64,000 nt of DNA, taken from Patescibacteria group bacterium (GTDB lineage Bacteria; Patescibacteriota; Patescibacteriia; Patescibacteriales; UBA12465). The position numbers were made by a program, and so were the translations under genes. The notes beneath the pieces are model-generated. The model saw nothing but the letters and a program-made list of their open reading frames with translations, did no database searches and was not told the DNA's origin. Below, piece by piece: positions 56,847-64,000 of this stretch (its first letter is position 1; each line of letters starts with the position of its first letter). The stretch spans positions 65,259 through 129,258 of the forward strand of contig JBAZKO010000001.1 in assembly GCA_041650775.1 (NCBI GenBank). The letters run 5' to 3'.

Positions 56847-58148
56847 ATGGCTAATTTATTGATAGAAGGGGGTAAAAAACTGCACGGCACGCTTAAAACC
56901 GGCTCGGCGAAAAATTCGGCGGTGGCAATTTTATGCGCGACGGTGATGCTTAAAGGAAAAACCACTTTAGACGACATCCCGCGTATCGAGGAGGTCTATC
57001 GGATCATCGAAATCCTGTCTTCTTTAGGTCTGAAAATAAACTGGTCCGGAGAACATGCTTTGGAAATAATTAACGACGGCCGCCTGTACCCCGAGCGGAT
57101 TGATCGAGAATCTTTTATCAAAACCCGTTCCGCTCTTCTGCTGATGGGTTCTTTAACCGCTCATTTTAAAAATTTTTCCCTGCCCAAAGCCGGCGGCTGT
57201 AAATTAGGCAAACGAACCGTCAACCCTTATATCATCGCTTTAAAATATCTGGGAATCAAGGTAAAAGAAACGGCTAACGCTTATAACATTAGCTATGAAC
57301 GGAAAAAAGCGGCACGGTTTACGCTATACGAAACTAGCGACACCGGGACGGAAAATACGATCATGGCCGCGATTCTCGCTCCGGGCGAAACGATTATTAA
57401 TTTCGCGTCTGCCAATTACATGGTCCAGGATCTGGTCATCTTTTTAAAAAAAGCCGGCGCAAAAATAGATTGGAACGGAACTAATTTAAAAATCAGCGGC
57501 GTCAAAGAATTGCGGCCGGTCAAAAATTACCCGATTATGCCTGATCCGATTGAATCGATGGCTTTTATTTCTTTGGCCATTACCACCAAATCCAACCTAA
57601 AAATTACTAATTGCCCGATTGATTTCTTATTGCTCGAAATAGAAAAACTGAAAGTGATGGGTCAAAAATTCAAAATCGGCCGGCTTTACAAATCAAAAAA
57701 CGGTTATTTCGACTTGGCGGATATTGAAGTGATTCCCGGCCGCTTGAGAGCTTTGCCCGATAAAATCCACCCCCAGCCTTATCCCGGTTTAAATATCGAC
57801 AATCTCCCTCTTTTCGTCCCGATTCTGACTCAAGCCGAGGGAGCGACCCTGGTTCATGATTGGATCTACGAAAATCGGGCGATTTATTATATTGAATTAA
57901 GCCGGCTGGGCGCGAATATCATGCTCCATGATCCGCATCGCGTTACCGTCACCGGCCCAACCGAACTGAAACCCAACGAAATTGTCTGTCCGCCGGCGCT
58001 CCGGCCGTCAATCAATATTTTAATCTGTATGCTCGCCGCCAAAGGACAATCGATTCTGCGGAATTCTTATTCCATTGACCGTGGTTACGAAAACTTATAC
58101 GAACGGCTGAATAAGGTCGGGGCGGAAATAACCATTCTTGACCGTTAA
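56847..58148 (+). CDS. murA: UDP-N-acetylglucosamine 1-carboxyvinyltransferase
   Basis: MANLLIEGGKKLHGTLKTGSAKNSAVAIL N-terminus; EPSP-synthase fold length; active-site Cys context (KAGGCKLGKR). Confidence 0.9.
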   Translation: MANLLIEGGKKLHGTLKTGSAKNSAVAILCATVMLKGKTTLDDIPRIEEVYRIIEILSSLGLKINWSGEHALEIINDGRLYPERIDRESFIKTRSALLLMGSLTAHFKNFSLPKAGGCKLGKRTVNPYIIALKYLGIKVKETANAYNISYERKKAARFTLYETSDTGTENTIMAAILAPGETIINFASANYMVQDLVIFLKKAGAKIDWNGTNLKISGVKELRPVKNYPIMPDPIESMAFISLAITTKSNLKITNCPIDFLLLEIEKLKVMGQKFKIGRLYKSKNGYFDLADIEVIPGRLRALPDKIHPQPYPGLNIDNLPLFVPILTQAEGATLVHDWIYENRAIYYIELSRLGANIMLHDPHRVTVTGPTELKPNEIVCPPALRPSINILICMLAAKGQSILRNSYSIDRGYENLYERLNKVGAEITILDR

Positions 58149-58151
58149 TTT

Positions 58152-59480
58152 ATGTCCAAAAAAATTCGCGACTATCTTTTTTACGCCTTTATCTTCCTTT
58201 TTGTCGTGGGAACGGTTCTGGTTTCTCTTTATGCTTCCGGCTATAAAATAAATCTCAGCTGGCCGCCGAAATTCAATCGTCTGCTGATTAAAACCGGGAT
58301 GCTGGCTCTGGACAGTTCTCCTCGCGGCGCCAAAATCTATCTGGACGGTAAAGCGCAAACTAACTCGTCCCTGATGCCCTGGGAAAAAGAATATCTAACG
58401 ACCGCCGCGAAGATAAAAAATCTCCTGCCGGGCGAATATGAATTAAAATTGGAACGCGATGGTTATTGGCCCTTAAACAAGAAAGTTAGCATCTATTCCG
58501 GCCAAACGACTTTTTTAGAAAATATCAACCTTTTTCGCAATGATCTTCCCTTGTTAATCATCCCGGTTCCGGTCGGCGAAATAGAACTCAGCCCCAGCCG
58601 AAAGTATCTCTACGCGTCTGGTTCTCAAAAAATAATCACTCTTAAAACCGAACAGGAAAAAACTTTACCGTTTCCGACCGATGAAACGGGTGTTTGGCGG
58701 AAAAACAGCGATGAGCTATTAAGCGGCGGGCGTTTATTCAACGCGGAAAAAAAGACTGAAACGGATTACCGACAGTTAATCGGCACTGACGCCAGCGACT
58801 GGTATTACGACGAGAACTCCAACCGGCTTTATTATCGAAATAAAAATTCGCTCGCCTATTTGGATCTCAACCAAAATAACAGTGTCCTGGTCGCCGCCGG
58901 CGAAGATTATCAGACCTACGAACCGCGCGGCGAAGAATTGTTCTTAGTGACTGGCGGGACTTCAACCGTCTTAAAAAAATACTCCTTAAAAACCAAAAAA
59001 AACGAACAGGAAATCGTTTTACCTAATGTCGGCCATTATCTTTTCCAGCGCGGCGACAGCAAATTCCTGACAGTCTACGACGACCAGAATAAAACTTTAT
59101 ACTTACTGAATCCGGCGAATATCGCCAGTAGCGAAAAAATAATAAAGAACGTCACTAGCTGGCAGTGGCTGGACGAAGAAAGTTTGCTTTACAGTAATAA
59201 CTGGGAAATTTATTTCTTCAGCCTAAAAACCGGCACTTCTTCTCTTTTAACCCGCGTCAGCGAAGAAATCGTCAAGATTATCTGGAATAAAAACGATGAA
59301 TATCTGATTTTTTCCACCACGCAAAGTTTAAATGCCTTCGATTTGAAAACCGGAATAATAACGGCCATCTTTAAAACAGAAAAAATCGCTTCGCCGGTTT
59401 TAGACGATAAAGACGGAATTTTATATTTCTGGGCGCAAATCGGCCAGCAAGAGGGGGTCTACCGCATTTTCCTGCAATAA
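58152..59480 (+). CDS. membrane-anchored PEGA-domain protein with a C-terminal beta-propeller-like region
   Basis: N-terminal TM; PEGA domain (ALDSSPRGAKIYLDGKAQ...LLPGEYELKLERDGY); repetitive beta-strand-rich C-terminal half. Confidence 0.5.
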   Translation: MSKKIRDYLFYAFIFLFVVGTVLVSLYASGYKINLSWPPKFNRLLIKTGMLALDSSPRGAKIYLDGKAQTNSSLMPWEKEYLTTAAKIKNLLPGEYELKLERDGYWPLNKKVSIYSGQTTFLENINLFRNDLPLLIIPVPVGEIELSPSRKYLYASGSQKIITLKTEQEKTLPFPTDETGVWRKNSDELLSGGRLFNAEKKTETDYRQLIGTDASDWYYDENSNRLYYRNKNSLAYLDLNQNNSVLVAAGEDYQTYEPRGEELFLVTGGTSTVLKKYSLKTKKNEQEIVLPNVGHYLFQRGDSKFLTVYDDQNKTLYLLNPANIASSEKIIKNVTSWQWLDEESLLYSNNWEIYFFSLKTGTSSLLTRVSEEIVKIIWNKNDEYLIFSTTQSLNAFDLKTGIITAIFKTEKIASPVLDDKDGILYFWAQIGQQEGVYRIFLQ

Positions 59481-59495
59481 AACCCGACAAAAGCC

Positions 59496-60371
59496 TTACC
59501 CTTTGCTCAATTCCTTGATCAGTTTCTTCAAATCAGCTCCAATCTCTTTGTCTTTCAAACCGAATTTTAAAGTCGCTTCAATAAAATTAAGTTTATTACC
59601 GGTGTCCAGCCACTCGCCCTCTATCTTCTTGCCATAAATCGGCCGCGACGCTTCCAGCATCGTGTCAAAAGCGTCGGCCAGACGAATTTCTCCGGAGCGG
59701 CCGGACTTCATACCTCCCAGTGTCCGTAAAACTTCCGGCGTAATAGCGTAAATCCCGACGGCCGCCAGATTGGAAGGAGCGGAAGCGACTGACGGTTTTT
59801 CGACGAATTTTTTGATTTCATAATTACCGTCGCCCAAATCCAATCCGTCGATGACGCCGAACTTACTAACGTCCTTCCTGTCCACTTCCGACAAACCAAC
59901 GACCGAGTCGCCGTATTTTTCAAAAGTTTCCATAACTTGCTTGATTGGGGAGATTGGCGCGTCATATAAAGTATCGCCGAACATCACCATAACCGGTTCA
60001 TCATCACGCACTAAATGCGCCGCGCATAAGACAGCGTGCCCGTCGCCGAGCGGAATCGGCTGGCGAACATAAGAAAATTTCGCCAAGTTTTCTATTTCTT
60101 TCACTTTTTTCAACAAATCGAGCTTATTCTTTTCCACCAAGGTTTTCTCCAATTCGAAAGAATAGTCAAAATGATCTTCAATCGCTCTTTTCCCCCGACC
60201 GGTAACAAAAATTATTTCTTCTATTCCGGCGCGAACCGCTTCTTCCACTAAATACTGAATGACCGGTTTGTCCACGATCATCAGCATTTCTTTCGGTTGA
60301 GCTTTTGTCGCCGGCAGAAATCGCGTGCCGAAACCGGCTACCGGAAAAATTGCTTTTTTAATTTTTAACAT
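59496..60371 (-). CDS. galU: UTP--glucose-1-phosphate uridylyltransferase
   Basis: AIFPVAGFGTRFLPATKAQPKEMLMIVDKPVIQY is the canonical GalU N-terminus. Confidence 0.9.
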   Translation of the reverse strand: MLKIKKAIFPVAGFGTRFLPATKAQPKEMLMIVDKPVIQYLVEEAVRAGIEEIIFVTGRGKRAIEDHFDYSFELEKTLVEKNKLDLLKKVKEIENLAKFSYVRQPIPLGDGHAVLCAAHLVRDDEPVMVMFGDTLYDAPISPIKQVMETFEKYGDSVVGLSEVDRKDVSKFGVIDGLDLGDGNYEIKKFVEKPSVASAPSNLAAVGIYAITPEVLRTLGGMKSGRSGEIRLADAFDTMLEASRPIYGKKIEGEWLDTGNKLNFIEATLKFGLKDKEIGADLKKLIKELSKG

Positions 60372-60384
60372 AAAAATAAATAGC

Positions 60385-61227
60385 TTATTTTAAATTAGCT
60401 GTTCTCTGGTCTAACGACTTAATTTCAGTCTTTACTCCCCACTTTAAAAAATATTTCAACCAGGAAAAAATATGGTGCCAGGTCAGGCGATCCAAAAAAA
60501 TCGCGAAATACCAAGGATGTTTGGCGCTTTCCCGGGCATGATCGTGAATGACCGTCGCTTCGGAATTATAAACCACCTTTAACCCCCGCACCCAAAACTG
60601 GCGGCTTAAATCAGTATCCTCAAAATACATAAAATATCGGCAGTCGAACAACGGTTCGAAAATTCGGCCGTCTGGCAAAGGCTGGCGGCGACGGAACATC
60701 AGACACGAACCCATCAGCCAATCGACTTCCCGGATAGAATCATGATCAAAATCATCCATGGTAAAACGGTCACGGACTTCTTTGAAATAATCACCTAAAA
60801 AAGTCCGGCGTAAAATCGGCATAAAAAAATTAGGCCAACGGGCGCAGGAAGATTGCAGAGAACCGTCGGGATATAAGAGTTTCGGTCCAACCATCCCCGT
60901 CGTCGGATTATTTTTTAAATAATCCAACAAAATTTTAATCGCTTTACCTCTAATAATCGTATCCGGATTAAGAACCAAAATAAACTCCCCGACAGCATTT
61001 TTAATTCCCAAATTATTGCCGCCGCCCATCCCCATATTTTTCGAAGCCTTAAGCAGACGCAGACGCGAATAAAGAGCCGGCAAATCCTGCAAATCATCGC
61101 CAGAATCGTTATCGACGACAACAATTTCATAATCAATTTCCGGCATCTCGGCCGGAATTATTGCCGCCAAAGAAAAAAGGAGCTTTTGCCGACTTTTATA
61201 GTTGACGATAATGATTGATAAATCCAT
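60385..61227 (-). CDS. glycosyltransferase family 2
   Basis: LSIIIVNYKS ... VVDNDSGDD ... DxD region of GT-A fold. Confidence 0.75.
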   Translation of the reverse strand: MDLSIIIVNYKSRQKLLFSLAAIIPAEMPEIDYEIVVVDNDSGDDLQDLPALYSRLRLLKASKNMGMGGGNNLGIKNAVGEFILVLNPDTIIRGKAIKILLDYLKNNPTTGMVGPKLLYPDGSLQSSCARWPNFFMPILRRTFLGDYFKEVRDRFTMDDFDHDSIREVDWLMGSCLMFRRRQPLPDGRIFEPLFDCRYFMYFEDTDLSRQFWVRGLKVVYNSEATVIHDHARESAKHPWYFAIFLDRLTWHHIFSWLKYFLKWGVKTEIKSLDQRTANLK

Positions 61228-61248
61228 AGAAAAATTTAACCGCCTCGC

Positions 61249-62325
61249 TTATTTAAATTGAAGAAACAATTTCACCAACCGCCAATATAAATCGAAGACC
61301 GGATTAACCAGATACTTCAGCACCGGATTCGCGATTTCCTGAAATTCAATCCGCCCGGCGAAATCAGCGGCGATTTGGGAAAATGGTACGAGACTGATTT
61401 CTTTTATTTTCCGTCTTTCCTCGGCAATCCGGACATAATTTTTATAATTTAAAAAATAGCCGTAAATCTTTATTTCGGTGCCAAACCAACTGTTAAATAA
61501 GGAAAAAAATAACAGGCCGATATCCATTACCAAGCATGGCAGGCCGATCAGAAAGAAAAAGTAGGCCGGATAATACGACAACATGGTTAAATAACGGTTC
61601 CGTTCCATATAATAAAGCATTTTCGTACTACGAGTAAATTCGTACTTGTGAAAAATAATTGATTGCGGCGCCAGAATAATCTTATAGCCGGCTAATTTCG
61701 TTTTCAGGCTTAACGTTAGATCGTCATGATACATGAACAGTTCTTCGTTGTAACCGCCGATTTTCTCAAATACGGCGGGGCGGATTATGAACGAACAGCC
61801 GCTAGCATAACCTTTTATTTCCGGATAACCGCTAATCTCCCGATCTGATTCGCCGTAAGCGGAAGTAAAACCGAAACCTAAAAAATGGATTATATTGCCC
61901 AGACTGTTTATTTTCGGCTGTTTTTTTTCCGCTTCGTTTCTCGGATAGAGTAAAATTTTCGACTGCGCGATTCCGGCGGACGGATTTTCCTCAAGAGCTA
62001 CCACTAATTTCGTCAGCCAATCAGGCTTCATTTCCGTATCCATATTAACCGTCACCAAATATTCACAGCCGTCCGTCAGCGCCCGCTTGAATCCTAGATT
62101 ACTAGCGGCGCAATAATTACCGTCAAGACGCGACAAAATCAGCGCCTCCGGATAACTTTCTTTAAGATATGCGAGCGATTCCGGCGTGGAGGCGTTATCT
62201 ACTATATAAATAAGCGTATTTCCTGCCGGATAGTCCTGCGCGCGCAAAGAATCCCGACAGGCTGTCAGGAAGCGCCGCGCATAATCTTTATAATTTACCA
62301 AAATTATTCCGACTTTTTTAGGCAT
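61249..62325 (-). CDS. glycosyltransferase family 2 with C-terminal membrane region
   Basis: VGIILVNYKD ... VDNASTPES; DTE/DD motifs; C-terminal hydrophobic helices. Confidence 0.75.
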   Translation of the reverse strand: MPKKVGIILVNYKDYARRFLTACRDSLRAQDYPAGNTLIYIVDNASTPESLAYLKESYPEALILSRLDGNYCAASNLGFKRALTDGCEYLVTVNMDTEMKPDWLTKLVVALEENPSAGIAQSKILLYPRNEAEKKQPKINSLGNIIHFLGFGFTSAYGESDREISGYPEIKGYASGCSFIIRPAVFEKIGGYNEELFMYHDDLTLSLKTKLAGYKIILAPQSIIFHKYEFTRSTKMLYYMERNRYLTMLSYYPAYFFFLIGLPCLVMDIGLLFFSLFNSWFGTEIKIYGYFLNYKNYVRIAEERRKIKEISLVPFSQIAADFAGRIEFQEIANPVLKYLVNPVFDLYWRLVKLFLQFK

Positions 62326-62341
62326 AAAAATAAGGGGTGTT

Positions 62342-63178
62342 TCATTTTATAAAAACTCTAATTACCCCCCAAACAATTTTCAAAATCCAATATTCCCATT
62401 TCTTTCCCCATTTCTGAAAATATTTTAACATTGATTCGCTAAAATATTTTTGCCCCTGCCCGCGCTTAATCTGTCGGAAACTCGCTCCCACGTAATCCAC
62501 GCATTGCGCCGCCGGAGTATACCAAACCTCCCCTCCCAGCTTATAAACCTGACGGCAGAAATCCACTTCTTCAAACCAGATGAAATAACGCTCATCCAAA
62601 AACGGCCGGTCCGACCCGCTGATTTTTCGATAATTCTCACGATTGATAAGAAAAAACGCGCCGCGTATCGAATCGACTTTGGCGGCCGCCGCATAGTTGA
62701 AATCCGCACATAGATATTTATTGACCGCGGCGGGAATAAGGTGCGGCACTTTTAAAGTAATCAATAATTGGTCAAAAAATCCCGGAAAACGACGGACTTG
62801 TCTGATGACTTCTCCGTTTTCATCAATTAATTTACAACCGCTGACCGTAGCCGACGGATTATTATTCGCCCAGGCTAAAACTTTTTCCAGAGTGTCCGGC
62901 TGAACCCGCATATCCGGATTAAGAAGCAAAATAAATTCTCCCGTCGCCAGTTTAATCGCCTGATTATTCGCCTGGGCGAATCCTAAATTTTCCGAGTTAG
63001 CTATCAGGCGGGCGGCAGGAAATTCAGCGCACACCATGTCAACACTGCTGTCAGTAGAGTCATTATCGACGACGAACACTTCGAATTTAAAATCGCCAGA
63101 CGATTCAAATAAGGATTTTAAATTAGTCCGTAATTTGTCTTTGACATTCCAAGAGACGATGATGATTGATATGTCCAT
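62342..63178 (-). CDS. glycosyltransferase family 2
   Basis: ISIIIVSWNV ... VVDNDSTDSS ... NPDMRV, GT-A fold. Confidence 0.75.
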   Translation of the reverse strand: MDISIIIVSWNVKDKLRTNLKSLFESSGDFKFEVFVVDNDSTDSSVDMVCAEFPAARLIANSENLGFAQANNQAIKLATGEFILLLNPDMRVQPDTLEKVLAWANNNPSATVSGCKLIDENGEVIRQVRRFPGFFDQLLITLKVPHLIPAAVNKYLCADFNYAAAAKVDSIRGAFFLINRENYRKISGSDRPFLDERYFIWFEEVDFCRQVYKLGGEVWYTPAAQCVDYVGASFRQIKRGQGQKYFSESMLKYFQKWGKKWEYWILKIVWGVIRVFIK

Positions 63179-63191
63179 ATTACGAAACCGG

Positions 63192-63458
63192 CTACCGGCC
63201 GATTTTGATTAATTTCAATCTTTCACCGATGCCACTAAGAATTTTTACTTGATATTTACGAACGCCTAGTTCGGTAGCCAAAAATTTAATCAACTCCTGG
63301 TTAGCCTTCCCTTTTTCCGGCGCGGCACCAATAGCCACTTTGATGGTTCCATCCGACATGGTTCCTAAAAAGCCAGTCTTACCGGCCCCGGGCAAAACCT
63401 TAATTCTTAAATAAATTTCTTTATTATTAGCTAAATTTTCAATAAATTTGGTTAACAT
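63192..63458 (-). CDS. DUF167 (YggU) family protein
   Basis: 88 aa; IKVAIGAAPEKGKANQELIKFLATELGV matches the DUF167 core. Confidence 0.75.
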   Translation of the reverse strand: MLTKFIENLANNKEIYLRIKVLPGAGKTGFLGTMSDGTIKVAIGAAPEKGKANQELIKFLATELGVRKYQVKILSGIGERLKLIKIGR

Positions 63459-63650
63459 TGTTTTTAATTTTTAAACTGACTACAGCTAACTTATTCTTAC
63501 CCCTAGTTTACCTCTTTTTTAGGCTTTTTAAAAGCCTAAACAGAATATAAAACCCCTTCTGTCAAGATTTATTTTATTAAAATAATGAGTTAGAATATAG
63601 GTACTTACCAATCATTTAGCAAGCGTTAATAAGAAATTAAAATTAATCTT

Positions 63651-64000
63651 ATGGGCGAACAGAATGACGAAAAAAAAGAACCTTATAAGCGTCCTTCCTG
63701 GGATGAATATTTTATGAAAATAGTGGAGATGGTCGGGACGCGCGGCAACTGTGACCGTTTTCGCGGCGGTTGCGTCGTTACTCGCAATCGGCGCATAGTC
63801 GTAACCGGTTATAACGGCGCTCCGGTCGGAGCCCCGACCTGCGACGAAGTCGGCCATGAAATGCATACTGTCGTTAATGAAGACGGCACCCAGAGCCGTC
63901 ATTGCATCCGGACGACTCACGCCGAACAGAACGCTATCTGCGAAGCGGCTCGAATGGGTATAAGCTTAGATGGCGGTACTTTATATTGTCAGATGACTCC
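63651..64000 (+). CDS. dCMP/cytidine deaminase family (ComEB-like), 5' partial; runs off the window end
   Basis: Translation MGEQNDEKKEPYKRPSWDEYFMKIVEMVGTRGNCDRFRGGCVVT...HCIRTTHAEQNAICEAARMG contains the zinc-binding HAEQNAI motif. Absent from the ORF track because there is no stop in the window. Confidence 0.75.
   Translation, partial: MGEQNDEKKEPYKRPSWDEYFMKIVEMVGTRGNCDRFRGGCVVTRNRRIVVTGYNGAPVGAPTCDEVGHEMHTVVNEDGTQSRHCIRTTHAEQNAICEAARMGISLDGGTLYCQMT

Noticed and set aside
63612-63920. 102-aa minus-strand ORF
   Set aside because: It is antisense to the partial dCMP deaminase reading frame, which has the clear zinc-binding HAEQNAI motif.
1-64000. Alternative genetic code (UGA recoding, as in some candidate-phylum lineages)
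   Set aside because: Long conserved proteins (GyrB 680 aa, ClpB 879 aa, DnaB, MurA, Eno, Pgk) are full-length and uninterrupted under the standard bacterial code.

Overview
This 64-kb window is dense, mostly housekeeping chromosomal DNA from a small-genome bacterium. It reads correctly with the standard genetic code (GyrB, ClpB and DnaB are intact), so it is not a UGA-recoding lineage. Genes are tightly packed, several stop codons sit inside terminator hairpins, and the mix of QueH, a WecA-like GT4, a PF09826-type beta-propeller, PEGA proteins and a VirB2/TrbC-like mini-pilin suggests a Patescibacteria/CPR-like organism; that placement is inference only.

Recognisable content: hisS, an orphan OmpR-family response regulator, rarA, rubrerythrin, an ECF sigma with an anti-sigma-like partner, an AI-2E transporter, rpmG, fpg, tpiA, an NAD-dependent epimerase, gyrB, a glycolytic operon pgk-eno-(PGM-like), queH, an L,D-transpeptidase, clpB behind a perfect CIRCE operator, def, fmt, dedA, dnaB, ybaB-recR, rplU, murA, galU, a three-gene GT2 cluster, a DUF167 gene and a partial dCMP deaminase. 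There are five tRNAs: Tyr-GTA, Thr-GGT, Glu-CTC, Lys-TTT and Thr-TGT.

The accessory-looking parts are:
- a roughly 11.5-kb minus-strand operon holding two paralogous tripartite ABC efflux modules (HlyD-type adaptors of 621 and 637 aa with very long coiled coils, LolD/MacB-like ATPases, FtsX-type permeases), with a ZIP metal transporter between them and small lipoproteins or secreted proteins in front;
- a membrane-anchored two-ring Hsp100/Clp-like ATPase with a degenerate D1 Walker B, in an operon with two unknown genes that is divergent from clpB across the CIRCE;
- a short AT-rich stretch bounded by tRNA genes that carries membrane proteins and an XRE regulator;
- an envelope cluster: a PDZ protein, a large beta-propeller protein and an L,D-transpeptidase with Ca-binding repeats.

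No CRISPR array, transposase, integrase or recognisable defence-system gene was found. I could not run searches or alignments, so every family assignment rests on motifs visible in the translations.
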